Source of the DNA: a virus
Length of the DNA stretch: 64,000 nucleotides
IMG/VR virus record: IMGVR_UViG_3300025778_000010
Location: 44,357-108,356 of that record
Reading direction: 5' to 3' (one strand)
The position numbers and the translations under genes are program-made. This document shows positions 1 to 10,033 of this stretch, piece after piece. The notes below the pieces were generated by a model. That model ran no database searches and was not told the origin of the DNA. It was given only the letters and a program-made list of their open reading frames with translations. Position 1 is the stretch's first letter. Each line of letters starts with the position of its first letter.

Positions 1-97
1 ACATTAATCTATCTTGTCTAACAATACGAGGAATTACAATCGTATTTGTTGCTGGATTAAAGGTGTAGTATACCTTTTCAATCATTCTTCTTGCCAT
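1..97 (-). CDS. 5' part of a probable virion structural protein (runs off window)
   Basis: ATG at 97 preceded by AAGGAG; open to window edge (MARRMIEKVYYTFNPATNTIVIPR...); follows the tail gene block. Confidence 0.6.
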   Translation of the reverse strand, partial: MARRMIEKVYYTFNPATNTIVIPRIVRQDRLM

Positions 98-109
98 TTT
101 ATATCTCCT

Positions 110-727
110 TTAAAATAAGTAGCTGCTTGCTGCAAACTTACTTGTTAATTGTGATTGTGTTAAGGTACTTGTGTATTTTGGATACCAAATTCCTAAATTT
201 AATTGTGCATCATTTGCATACAACTGCATTGCTGCATATGTTGAGTTTGCTAATGCACTTCCTGAAGGTCCCGTTGGGCCAGTCGCACCAGTTGCACCTT
301 GTGAACCTGTTGGTCCTTTAAGATTTCCCTGCAATGTCCATGTAGGTGTAGGTGTTGCACTATATTGAAAATAATTTCCTGTTGTTGTATTTAAATATGT
401 ATCTAATGCTGCTGGCGATGCTGGATTTGTTCCAACTACTGGGTCAGCGATTCCTGTATAAGCATATGAGCCACGTTGTCCCGCAACACCCTGTGGTCCT
501 TGTGAACCAGCTGCACCCGCTGGAATTGAAAAATTAAGAACTGCAGCTGAAGCAGTTCCAGAGTTTGTGACTGATGCATTTTGTCCTGATGCAAGAGTTG
601 TTGTTGTTCCAATTGCAATTGTTGCAGAGGAACCCGCTGGTCCTGTTGGACCTGTTGGGCCTTGTGCACCTGGTTGTGAGCCAGCAACGACTACCCAAGC
701 ACTACCGTTCCAATATTTTAAAGACAT
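110..727 (-). CDS. collagen-like (Gly-X-Y) tail/virion fibre protein
   Basis: GAQGPTGPTGPAG and GPTGSQGATGATGPTGPSG triplets; KYWNGSAW fibre motif. Confidence 0.8.
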   Translation of the reverse strand: MSLKYWNGSAWVVVAGSQPGAQGPTGPTGPAGSSATIAIGTTTTLASGQNASVTNSGTASAAVLNFSIPAGAAGSQGPQGVAGQRGSYAYTGIADPVVGTNPASPAALDTYLNTTTGNYFQYSATPTPTWTLQGNLKGPTGSQGATGATGPTGPSGSALANSTYAAMQLYANDAQLNLGIWYPKYTSTLTQSQLTSKFAASSYLF

Positions 728-782
728 TTATTACATCACACTCCTTTTAGAATTATATCACCTTAAGCTTAAAAACCTAATA

Positions 783-1586
783 TTATACTAAACCTGCTGA
801 CATCCATTCTAATGCTGAATTATCTAAGTTTTTTAAACTTAGGTTATATGCAAAATTTGCTGTTTGATTAACTGAATCTAACAAGTAGTTAGCGTCAGAA
901 ATTGTTGAAAGTCCCACCCAGTTTCCATTATATGCATAATAAACTTTTCCAAACTGTGCTTCTTGAACAATTCTGCCAGGGACTGTTGAAGGGTCTGGAA
1001 AATTAGAAAATGTTGTATAAATCTGAGCATATTGAGCTACATTAGTTGTATCTGTTGGATCTGCCCAAAACTCATAAATAGTAGGATCTGGAGCAGTTGT
1101 AGCAATAGTAACAGCATTATTGCTTGTAATATCATTACTTGCCCAAAACTCTCCAACATATGGATTTGTTGGTGCAACCGATGAAGTATAAAATAATGCT
1201 CCACCATAATCTGATGGGTCTGCCCACAATTGATATTGTGTTGGGTCTGGAGCAGATCCTGCTCCTTGATACAAAAGGTTTGGTGGGATTGTAGATTGAT
1301 CATCTGTAACAATCCACATATCTCCAACAAGAGGTTGAGCTGGAGCATTTGTTTTTGACCCTATAACAAAATATTGATTATTAACAATTGAATTACCTTG
1401 ATAATTAACAAATATTTGTCCAGTTCCACCGCCACCGCCTGAACCTGAACCTAAATCTTGCCAATATGTTGTATACCCACGAAATTTATTTGTAGTTGTA
1501 TTAAAATAAACTTGACCAGGAAGTCCCACAGATGGATCGGTAGTTAAACGAGCTACTTGCAAAGCTGTTAAATATGATTTAGCCAA
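783..1586 (-). CDS. virion tail-associated protein with internal repeats
   Basis: repeated APDPTxY(Q/E)(L/F)WADP and PxVG(D/E)xW units; GQVYFNTTTNKF fibre-type motif. Confidence 0.65.
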   Translation of the reverse strand: MAKSYLTALQVARLTTDPSVGLPGQVYFNTTTNKFRGYTTYWQDLGSGSGGGGGTGQIFVNYQGNSIVNNQYFVIGSKTNAPAQPLVGDMWIVTDDQSTIPPNLLYQGAGSAPDPTQYQLWADPSDYGGALFYTSSVAPTNPYVGEFWASNDITSNNAVTIATTAPDPTIYEFWADPTDTTNVAQYAQIYTTFSNFPDPSTVPGRIVQEAQFGKVYYAYNGNWVGLSTISDANYLLDSVNQTANFAYNLSLKNLDNSALEWMSAGLV

Positions 1587-1600
1587 GTGGGACTCCTAAA

Positions 1601-4015
1601 TTATCCAGTAATTACTACGTTGTAAAGAATTCCTGTTGATGGAGCAGATGCAAATCCAATTGTTACCGTATTTGTATCTTTGTGAGTAATATCTACTTCA
1701 ACTTCAGCCCATTGAGTATCTGGTGATGCTGAAGCTTGATAAACAGCAACTGTAACATCTCTTGTTGATAAGTTATGAACAATATCAAAGCTAGATGCTG
1801 AGTTATTACCCGTAATTGTAGCAGATAGTTTTTGGATTCCATATGTTCTTGCTCCACCGCTAACACCTGTTGCAGTTTGTGAAACCGTATCAGATGAAAG
1901 AATAATGTTATTGCTTGAAATTGCAAGACCAGTTCCAACATTTACCTTTAATCCGCTATTTGTTGTTGACAAACCACCTGCGGGATTAAGATTTAATTGA
2001 AGTGTTCCGTTGTAAAGGGAAAGACCTGAATTACTTGTAGGTCCCGTGCTTGTTGTGTCAGAAGAAGAACCTAATGATACTGAAACTTGTGAACCAACAA
2101 CCAAAATACCATTTCCAGCTGTAATTGTTCCAGAACCAGAGAACTGTGTCCAGTTAATTGGATCAGTTCCAATAACAATAGATTGTTTGTTTCCTGTTCC
2201 TTGGGTGTTCATTACCCAACCAGTGTTATTTTGTGTTGGTACTGTTACATACTCGCTTGTGTTTACAGCAACGAATACTAAGTCTCCAGGTGCTACTTGT
2301 CCAGCAATATGGTTATCTGAATCTACTGCACGAGTAAGTACCCACTTGCTTGAAGAACTACCAGTATTTGTTACAACATAAATACCGTTCCATGTTGCAT
2401 TTGTTTCATTCTTAATAAGAACACGATCATATTGATCTGGTGTGTAATTATCAATTGTAAATACACCGTTAATTCCAGATGTAAGTGTTGCACCTACACC
2501 GTAACCTCCGCCATTATCAGCTGTTCCAGCAGTATAAACTACTGTTCCATAAGTTGATCCTAATGGTGCTGTGGTTGCTGCCTCTACTGCATCGTGTGAG
2601 TTAAATCCTGTTCCTAAGTTATCAACATATTGCTTTGTAGCAACTTGTAGAGCTTGACTTGGATCTGCAGAAACATATACTTGAGCAAATGTTGGTGTAG
2701 CTGTTGATCTAATATCTTGAGCTGTATCAAGAGTAATTGAACCGCTGCCATTTGTAATTGTTACGCCATTTGTTGCACCTTGTGAAAGTGTAGCAACTGC
2801 ATAAGTTCCATCTGCTTTACCGATTAAAATCTTTCCTGATGTAGGAGTTGTTGAGGTACCTGTGCCACCTTGTCCAACTGAAAGAGCTGTTGTTAAACCT
2901 GAAAGGCTTGTAATACTTGAGTTAGCTCCAGATTCTGCTGCACCCAAGTTAGTACGTGCACCAGCTGCTGTTGTTGCTCCAGTACCGCCATTTGTAACAC
3001 TAAGAGCATTTGTTAAGCTAAGTGTTGGAATTGTTACTGTTCCAGTAAATGTTGGAGATGCAAGTCTTGCAACAGATGCAGGAATATCAGCATCTACAAG
3101 AGACCTAAATGTTGGTGTTGCATCTGAACCAGTTGCTGGGCCAGCAAAAACTGTATTCTTTGCTTGAGTATTAAGTGTTGCTGTAAGTGTTCCAGTTGTT
3201 GTTACTGGTGAATTACTTACTGTAAAGATTGATGGGAGTGACAAAGCAACGCTTGTAACACCTGTATTAGCAATAGTTAATGTATCGCCAAGATTTGTTG
3301 TTACAGTTGATGTACCACCATTTACAGAAATTCCAGTTCCTGGGGTTACTGTAATTGAAGGGTGTACAAGTGCTGAGTTAGGAATATTTGTAAATGTATT
3401 TGTTGATCCTGACAAAGATTTATTTGTAAATGTTTGTGTTGAATCAAGATCAGCAATTGTATGTGTTCCTGAGTTGTAATAAGCCTTAAATCCTGCTGTT
3501 GAATCTAACCAAATATCACCAGCTACTGGTGCAGTTGGTGCAGATGTTGCAACTGGAATATTAATTGATGCTCCACCTGTAGTTGAAGCAGTAAATGTTG
3601 ACTTACCGCCTGTTACAGTAAGAGTTCCGCCCAATGTTGTTGCTGAACCGTTTGGTACAGCCAATGATCCTGGTAATGTAAGAGCAGAGGCAAGAGAAAT
3701 AGTAACTGTATTTGTGGCATTAGATACAACTACTTGATTGCTTGTTCCTGCTACTGTTACGGCTCCAGTAAAGTTGTTTACAGAGCTTACTGTATTGTAG
3801 GTAGAGCTAATTTGCTCCCAAGCATAAGTTGCTGGGGTTGTTGGGTAGTTTGACCAATATGATTGGTAAAGGGCACCACGATTGTTGTTTGCGGTGGTGC
3901 TAAAGTATAGTTGACCTGCATTATAAATTGATGGTGCAGATGATGCTGAATGGATTACAGCATTTAATAGCTGATTTCCTTTAAGATTAATATTTGTTAA
4001 AAACGTTTTTGCCAT
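1601..4015 (-). CDS. long tail fibre protein
   Basis: 804 aa Thr/Ser/Gly-rich; VTNGGTGATTAAGARTNLG, VATKQYVD and DRVLIKNETNATWNGIY motifs typical of phage fibres. Confidence 0.8.
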   Translation of the reverse strand: MAKTFLTNINLKGNQLLNAVIHSASSAPSIYNAGQLYFSTTANNNRGALYQSYWSNYPTTPATYAWEQISSTYNTVSSVNNFTGAVTVAGTSNQVVVSNATNTVTISLASALTLPGSLAVPNGSATTLGGTLTVTGGKSTFTASTTGGASINIPVATSAPTAPVAGDIWLDSTAGFKAYYNSGTHTIADLDSTQTFTNKSLSGSTNTFTNIPNSALVHPSITVTPGTGISVNGGTSTVTTNLGDTLTIANTGVTSVALSLPSIFTVSNSPVTTTGTLTATLNTQAKNTVFAGPATGSDATPTFRSLVDADIPASVARLASPTFTGTVTIPTLSLTNALSVTNGGTGATTAAGARTNLGAAESGANSSITSLSGLTTALSVGQGGTGTSTTPTSGKILIGKADGTYAVATLSQGATNGVTITNGSGSITLDTAQDIRSTATPTFAQVYVSADPSQALQVATKQYVDNLGTGFNSHDAVEAATTAPLGSTYGTVVYTAGTADNGGGYGVGATLTSGINGVFTIDNYTPDQYDRVLIKNETNATWNGIYVVTNTGSSSSKWVLTRAVDSDNHIAGQVAPGDLVFVAVNTSEYVTVPTQNNTGWVMNTQGTGNKQSIVIGTDPINWTQFSGSGTITAGNGILVVGSQVSVSLGSSSDTTSTGPTSNSGLSLYNGTLQLNLNPAGGLSTTNSGLKVNVGTGLAISSNNIILSSDTVSQTATGVSGGARTYGIQKLSATITGNNSASSFDIVHNLSTRDVTVAVYQASASPDTQWAEVEVDITHKDTNTVTIGFASAPSTGILYNVVITG

Positions 4016-4037
4016 GTTTTGTTACTCTCCCTTTTGA

Positions 4038-4592
4038 TTATGATAAATACGCATAGCCTGATACAGGTGTATTGAAATCTAATTCAATATTATTTGCATC
4101 AATTTGCGTGATATCACATTCTAAATTATTCTGACCATAATCCGTGACTTGCACATTTGGGCGATAATGCAGGTTATGGTTTATATGCCAGGTCGTGCTG
4201 TTTGTTTGCTGCTCGTAAATATAAGAAAAATTTGATGGATTTACAAGAACTTGTCCTGCATTCCATGAGTCACCTAGTTTTGTATAAACAGTATTGTTTG
4301 ACGAATCAATAAAAATATCACTAGGATATCCTATTGTGTTTGATGGTGTAGTTGTTCCAATGTAGATCTGTTGTCCACCAATTGGAAAATTTGGTGTTCC
4401 CCAGCCATTTTGGGTTTTTGGCCCATAAAATTGTTTTGAAGCAGAATCAATATAGTAATCACCAACAACTCCTAAAGTTGAGCTTGGTGTACCAACATTA
4501 CTATAAATAATGCTTCCACGAGGACCTTGGACTCCTGTAGAAGAAATGTTAGCAATGTTATCTTGTTTGATAACTGTTACATTTTCTGCCAT
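4038..4592 (-). CDS. tail-associated structural protein
   Basis: GVQGPRG, GDYYID...FYGPK and WHINHNL motifs shared with phage fibre/baseplate proteins. Confidence 0.65.
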   Translation of the reverse strand: MAENVTVIKQDNIANISSTGVQGPRGSIIYSNVGTPSSTLGVVGDYYIDSASKQFYGPKTQNGWGTPNFPIGGQQIYIGTTTPSNTIGYPSDIFIDSSNNTVYTKLGDSWNAGQVLVNPSNFSYIYEQQTNSTTWHINHNLHYRPNVQVTDYGQNNLECDITQIDANNIELDFNTPVSGYAYLS

Positions 4593-4948
4593 TACATAAT
4601 CACCCCTGGTTCAACTAAAAGCCAACCTTGAAGAATTGTTTGAGCAATTCCACCACTGCTGGTAAGTTGTATTTGATAAGCACTTCTTGGAAGAACAAAG
4701 TTTTTTGTCATTGAAGGTGGTAGATTAATTTGAATGATACCTGATTGAAGATTTGGAATTGTAATTCCACTTCCAATTATTCCCGTTGCACAAACAATTT
4801 TACCGCCTGGCTTATCTCTTACTTCAATAGTTGCGGTATATCCAGTTAAATCAATAGGAATATTATTTGAGTCTGTATAGGTAATACTCAAAGTGAATGA
4901 ATCACCCTGAATAACATTATAGTTGACTTCTTTTTGATTCACGGACAC
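4592..4948 (-). CDS. BppU-like baseplate/tail adaptor domain protein
   Basis: IQGDSF...PIDLTGYTA...YQIQL...ILQG pattern. Confidence 0.6.
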   Translation of the reverse strand: MSVNQKEVNYNVIQGDSFTLSITYTDSNNIPIDLTGYTATIEVRDKPGGKIVCATGIIGSGITIPNLQSGIIQINLPPSMTKNFVLPRSAYQIQLTSSGGIAQTILQGWLLVEPGVIM

Positions 4949-5005
4949 ACCTCTATATTAAAGTATTTCAGTATTGATTATAGCATTTTAATTTGTTAAT
5001 TCATA

Positions 5006-5045
5006 GAAAAACCCCTGCCACGTATTCGCCGTAGAAACAGGGGTT
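5006..5045 (-). terminator. intrinsic terminator after nrdJ
   Basis: AACCCCTG/CAGGGGTT stem followed by a T-run on the minus strand. Confidence 0.6.
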
Positions 5046-5061
5046 CTTAAATTAAATTATA

Positions 5062-6996
5062 TCAGTTTTGACCAATATCAACAATTTCACATTCTCCAGA
5101 TACGCAAGCTAATGCTTGTGTCCCTGTAGTACTATCTTCAAGTTCATACATTGACAAAGCAGCCCAATTAATTGATTTTGGCATCTTTGCAACCATTTCT
5201 TCATATGCAGCCTTATTAACTTCTTGATAAGGAGCTTGTACATAAGTATGTTCTGAATATGGCAAAAATGAAATTCCTGAGCATTCATCAAAATGCTTGT
5301 ACACCCAAGCACCTACTTCCATCCACTCATCTTCTTTTACAGAAATTGTTACAGATGGCTTATGTTCGCACCAATGGCGTTGGTAAACAAGCCAAATTTC
5401 AAGTTGTTCTAATGCTGAAACTTTATCTCTTGTAATAGCATTTTTTGGTGCTTTTACTGGAAATGAAAATACAGTAGTAGCGTCTGGTTTCATTACATCA
5501 TCTTCTGCAGGAATACCTGAATCTTGTAAGAACTGGGTGATAGGATCTTTCTTGTCACCACGAACTGTGCGAATATAATACTCTGAATGCCATGCATGCA
5601 TTCCTGAAGACACCCCGACCAATTGAGATACTGTGCCCGAAGGCTTAACGCAAGTAATTGCTGCTGAGGCGGGAATCCCAATTTTCTCTGCCTCTTCAAT
5701 ATTTGTTGTAACTGCATATTCACGAAGTCTGCTTAAAACATCTCCGAGTTTATCTAATCCTTCTTGTCCAGAAAAGAACTTATGTCCAAACTGTCCAGTA
5801 AGAGAAACTCCTAATAAACGCTCTTCTTCTGTATTGTCTTTCCAAATTTTACGAATGTACTTAAAGTCTGTAAGAGTTGATTGCCATGTCCCAAGAATTG
5901 TTGCAAGACGGACTTTATTAGCAACATCTTCAACTGTATCTTTTTCACGAAGTACGACTTCTGAAAGATTACAAAACTGGTAAGGACGTAAAATAATTTC
6001 TGAGCAAGGGTTAGTTCCATAGTGAATATCTGCACTACGTCTTCCGTACTTTGCTGCTTGAGCTTGGGCTGCTGCCACATTGTAGATACCTCTTTCGCCC
6101 GACTTTGAATCATATAAAGACTTCCATTCTGAAATAAATTGTGCCATCTCTGGTTTGCGAGAATAAGCAACAGAGTTATTTGATAAAGCACGTTGGGCAT
6201 TTGATTCCCACCAGTTACCAGCTTTTGCTGCTGCCATTTCAATATCATTAATATTAGAAAGAGAAATTAATGCTGAACGACGAACTCCTCCAACAACTAC
6301 AACTTCTCCAATTTTACACATTATGTCATGAGCTTCAATTGGCTTAAGTTGACGACCAAGTGCTCCTTTAAAAACTTTAATTGTAAAATCAAAAAGATTA
6401 ACTAATGGTTGTGGTCCTGAAGATCTTCCTCCCATTGTCTTTAAGCGAGCACCTGAAGGACGAACTTTACTTATATCAACTTGAGGAATATGTCCTGCCC
6501 ATAAAAGTCCAAGGAGTTCACGATAAGCTTTAGCCCAACCTTCTTTTGAATCACTAACAATAATTGTTGTGTTTGATTTGTCTAATGTTTCTGGAAGAAC
6601 GGGGAGTTTATTAACATATTTATATTCAACAGAAAAACCAACACCAGTGCCACACATAAGAATATACATTGCTTCATCAAATGATCTAGGATTATCAACT
6701 GGAATAAATGAACAATTATATCCAGCAACATTTTCTCTTTCTAGTGCTGGACCAGCAGTCATAATAGAACGCATAGATGGCATTACATTACGATTAAATA
6801 CTGCATCACGTAACTCTGCAACAATCTTTGGGTCAGGAGAATAATTATTATTTTCTTTTAACTTTGAGACCATAAAGTTAAAGTAACGATCTACTGTTTC
6901 ACCCCATGTCTCACGACGATTTTCGTGTTCTAACCATCTTGCATATCGAGATAAAGCAATAAAATTTTCATATGGATTTTCGATAGTATTAGACAT
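5062..6996 (-). CDS. nrdJ: class II (adenosylcobalamin-dependent) ribonucleotide reductase
   Basis: GYNCS, GTNPCSEI, TCVKPSGTVSQL, C-terminal ACVSGECEI; 644 aa monomeric RTPR size. Confidence 0.93.
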   Translation of the reverse strand: MSNTIENPYENFIALSRYARWLEHENRRETWGETVDRYFNFMVSKLKENNNYSPDPKIVAELRDAVFNRNVMPSMRSIMTAGPALERENVAGYNCSFIPVDNPRSFDEAMYILMCGTGVGFSVEYKYVNKLPVLPETLDKSNTTIIVSDSKEGWAKAYRELLGLLWAGHIPQVDISKVRPSGARLKTMGGRSSGPQPLVNLFDFTIKVFKGALGRQLKPIEAHDIMCKIGEVVVVGGVRRSALISLSNINDIEMAAAKAGNWWESNAQRALSNNSVAYSRKPEMAQFISEWKSLYDSKSGERGIYNVAAAQAQAAKYGRRSADIHYGTNPCSEIILRPYQFCNLSEVVLREKDTVEDVANKVRLATILGTWQSTLTDFKYIRKIWKDNTEEERLLGVSLTGQFGHKFFSGQEGLDKLGDVLSRLREYAVTTNIEEAEKIGIPASAAITCVKPSGTVSQLVGVSSGMHAWHSEYYIRTVRGDKKDPITQFLQDSGIPAEDDVMKPDATTVFSFPVKAPKNAITRDKVSALEQLEIWLVYQRHWCEHKPSVTISVKEDEWMEVGAWVYKHFDECSGISFLPYSEHTYVQAPYQEVNKAAYEEMVAKMPKSINWAALSMYELEDSTTGTQALACVSGECEIVDIGQN

Positions 6997-7045
6997 TGGT
7001 TCTCCTAGTTAGATTGAATTTAGAACTTAATTGTAGCACATTTTT

Positions 7046-8050
7046 TTAATTGAAATATTGCTTTTCAATTTCTTGAAGCCTTTTAATAGCTGGCTTAGAA
7101 ACTTTTTCCCAGTTGTAATCTTTATGAATTAAAAATGCATTTTTATAAGTTTGTTCTGCATATTTTTCATAATTTTTTACAACATCTTTCATGTAAAATT
7201 TTAAATCATCATATTTTGGTTTTAACATAGAGCCAGGGTGAGTTTGTTGCCAAGGAGATGGGTGCCAATCTGAATCTAATGGCATAATGATAAATCTTTT
7301 ATATGTTGCCCAGCCTTCGGTGCAGATAGTTGGCATTCCTGAAGCCATTGATTGTAAAGGGTTAAAACCAAAACCTTCTCCCCAAGATGGATAAACAAAT
7401 ACATCACATAAATCGTATAGACCTTTCATTTGTTCTACCGATAAAAATGATTCAATAATTTTAATATTTTTATAAAATGCATTTGGTGAACCAATTACTG
7501 CTTTTGTAACTGGGTCAAAAATTTTTGTTGTATTTAAATTGCTGCATTTTAAAACAAGCTCGTAATTTGGATCATCGCCATATAGTTCAATAAAAGCGTT
7601 GACTACTGATTGAGCATCTTTTCGAACTGCTGGCTCACCAATATGTAAAAATCTAAAAGGGCGGGAAGGATCTAAAACTCTTTTCTTAGGAATCCATTCA
7701 TCTTCAATACCATGCTCATATACAAATACAGGAGTTGTAGTTTTAGATCTATATATTTGAGCTACCCATTCAGATGTTGCCCAAATTTCATTACACACTT
7801 TATTAAAAATATGATCCCAGCCAACATAAAGATCTGTTGATTCCCATGGGGTGTATCCGATTTTAAATTGATTTAATCCAAATTTATAATCTTGTGGTTG
7901 AGAAAATGCTATACCAATATTTGGTTTTGCAGAATTAATTAAACATTCAATTCCATTTTTAGTAAATTCATTATATACGTGAAATGATGCTTCACCATAG
8001 CCTACATTGCGATCCATATACTCTGGAGCACCAGTAAAAGATACTTTCAT
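7046..8050 (-). CDS. glycosyltransferase family 4 (GT-B)
   Basis: DVFVYPSWGEGFGFNPLQSMASGMPTI signature; likely start MKVSF at 8050. Confidence 0.85.
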   Translation of the reverse strand: MKVSFTGAPEYMDRNVGYGEASFHVYNEFTKNGIECLINSAKPNIGIAFSQPQDYKFGLNQFKIGYTPWESTDLYVGWDHIFNKVCNEIWATSEWVAQIYRSKTTTPVFVYEHGIEDEWIPKKRVLDPSRPFRFLHIGEPAVRKDAQSVVNAFIELYGDDPNYELVLKCSNLNTTKIFDPVTKAVIGSPNAFYKNIKIIESFLSVEQMKGLYDLCDVFVYPSWGEGFGFNPLQSMASGMPTICTEGWATYKRFIIMPLDSDWHPSPWQQTHPGSMLKPKYDDLKFYMKDVVKNYEKYAEQTYKNAFLIHKDYNWEKVSKPAIKRLQEIEKQYFN

Positions 8051-8125
8051 TGATTTCCTGACTTGTTTTTCCCAGTATATCATGATACGATAGATTTTAC
8101 TACTCTTTCCTCAAGGAGGTTCAAA

Positions 8126-8809
8126 ATGAACAATGAGAACAAAACAAGGATAAGAACAGCATGGGTAATGATTGGTGTGAGTATTATCACAATGATTTTT
8201 GGCATCAATCCCGCACATGCAGCACAAATGCAAGAAGCAATAGTGTATAATAAAAATATATTATATATTAATAAATATACTAATTTAGTTAATATTAAAA
8301 ATATTATTAATATAGATATATTAAATAATAATAAAGAAAAAAACAGTAACACAGATTATTTAATTAATGATCTGTCTTCTGGAAAAACTTTTTTAATGCC
8401 CGCTTATAGCATCAAGCTAAATTTAAATCAAAGAGTAGATCAGCGAGTAATAATTTCAAGACTAGCAAATGCAATCAAGTCAGTGGAAACTGGCGGGGTT
8501 AACGCATATTATCGCAAGTCTTATTCCAGTAGTGCATGTGGTGCCTATCAGTACATGCAAGATACGTGGAACAACTTTATGGGATATAAGAGTGCATGCG
8601 ATGCACCAGAATGGGTACAGGATCAACGTATGATTGCCGAACTAAAATCGTCATATAAAACTTACGGTTCTTGGCCCGCTGCCGTCGCAGCCCATCTTTG
8701 CCCATCAAGGGCGGGCAATGTAAAGACTTGGTTCAAACCAGTACCAGGCAATCCTACTGTCTTCCAATACGTCTCAAGTATTTTTCAACAGGCAAATATC
8801 GCATTCTGA
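8126..8809 (+). CDS. secreted lysozyme-like/transglycosylase domain protein
   Basis: AAGGAGGT SD; signal peptide ending PAHA; AIKSVETGG...SSACGAYQYMQDTW lysozyme-fold motif. Confidence 0.75.
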   Translation: MNNENKTRIRTAWVMIGVSIITMIFGINPAHAAQMQEAIVYNKNILYINKYTNLVNIKNIINIDILNNNKEKNSNTDYLINDLSSGKTFLMPAYSIKLNLNQRVDQRVIISRLANAIKSVETGGVNAYYRKSYSSSACGAYQYMQDTWNNFMGYKSACDAPEWVQDQRMIAELKSSYKTYGSWPAAVAAHLCPSRAGNVKTWFKPVPGNPTVFQYVSSIFQQANIAF

Positions 8810-9045
8810 TGAAGATACAAGTCTTTTCTCAGTATTACAATTTGGCTAGGGCAGGCAAAGTTAAACCTTTGTACTGCCCTAATCATCAAAGTGAGTATGC
8901 TCACAACGATGGGTACCTTTATTGGCTAGTTCACAAAATGGTAAGTGAAGATATCGTGTTATACTGTACAGCATGTGGGTATGAACAAAAAGCAGGCCTA
9001 CAACTTTACGAAAACATTTTAAAGGAGATAGTCAATGTCACATGA
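8809..9045 (+). CDS. small zinc-ribbon protein
   Basis: CPNH...CTACGY; coupled to upstream stop (TGATG). Confidence 0.55.
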   Translation: MKIQVFSQYYNLARAGKVKPLYCPNHQSEYAHNDGYLYWLVHKMVSEDIVLYCTACGYEQKAGLQLYENILKEIVNVT

Positions 9046-9514
9046 ACCAGTTGTTGGAGATTACTTTGTAGTACATACTACAGGTTGGGCAGCAAAGTTA
9101 ATTCAATTAGGTACATGGTCTAAATGGAATCATGCTGGAATCTATATTGGCGATGGCAAAATTATTGAGGCCCGTCCGACGGGAGTTTCAATTCAAAATC
9201 TTTCAAAGTATGATGGCAAGCCACTTATGTGGAGCGATGAACCATCTTTAACAGAAGATCAAAGACATAATATTGTAGAATTTGCAAAACATTTTGAACA
9301 TTTTAAATATGGCGTTTGGTCAATTATTGCTCTTGGCTTTAAGTGCCTTGGAATTAGCTTATTTCCTGCTGTAAAGAGAGCTGAAGCTGAGAATAGCGTT
9401 ATCTGCTCACAACTAGTAGCCTGGACCTATTCGCACGTAGGAATTAAGCTTTCAGTTAAACAACATGCTTTAGTAACACCTAAAGATTTGGCCGAACGAT
9501 TGAGCCGAAAGTAG
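9035..9514 (+). CDS. permuted papain-like (YiiX/YebB, NlpC/P60-related) amidase
   Basis: GD...WNHAGIY...IIEA N-terminal His and ICSQLV C-terminal Cys. Confidence 0.8.
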   Translation: MSHEPVVGDYFVVHTTGWAAKLIQLGTWSKWNHAGIYIGDGKIIEARPTGVSIQNLSKYDGKPLMWSDEPSLTEDQRHNIVEFAKHFEHFKYGVWSIIALGFKCLGISLFPAVKRAEAENSVICSQLVAWTYSHVGIKLSVKQHALVTPKDLAERLSRK

Positions 9515-9520
9515 GATCTC

Positions 9521-10033
9521 ATGGATTTTCTACCTATAGTTGAAGGTAGGTCCTGCGGGGACTGTACAAAATGCTGTGAAGGGCATTTGAGGGCTGATAT
9601 CAACCTAAAAGATGGAACCCCTACAGTCTGGATGGGTATAGATGAGGTTGGTCGTAAACCTTGTGCATTTGTAAAAGTTGGAGAAGGATGCACAGTATAT
9701 GAAAAGCGTCCTGATAGCCCTTGTGCAATATTTAGATGCGACTGGTTAACAAATCCCGATATGCCTGAATCATTTAAACCGTCAAGAAGTAATTCTATAT
9801 TTACTACTCGGTCAGTACGTGGAGTTCAATACACAAAATTGATTGAGGCGGGACGGAAACTGGATTCAGAAGTACTATCTTGGGCATTTGAGTATTATAT
9901 GGGCAATGCACTCAATTTTTCTTGGAATGTGCTCGAAAATATTTTTTGGCTCGGATCAGAAGAATTTAATAATATGATGGAAGAAGATTATCCTTTGCTG
10001 GCTAATCCTGGACATGGCAAAGATTCGCATTGA
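9521..10033 (+). CDS. YkgJ-like CxxCxxCC metal-cluster protein
   Basis: CGDCTKCC...CAF...CTVYEKRP...C. Confidence 0.7.
   Translation: MDFLPIVEGRSCGDCTKCCEGHLRADINLKDGTPTVWMGIDEVGRKPCAFVKVGEGCTVYEKRPDSPCAIFRCDWLTNPDMPESFKPSRSNSIFTTRSVRGVQYTKLIEAGRKLDSEVLSWAFEYYMGNALNFSWNVLENIFWLGSEEFNNMMEEDYPLLANPGHGKDSH

Noticed and set aside
91-6844. Short antisense or alternate-frame ORFs in the ORF track (e.g. 171-368, 2046-2381, 5633-5983), and similar ones elsewhere
   Set aside because: Shadows of well-supported genes, lacking SDs or recognisable motifs
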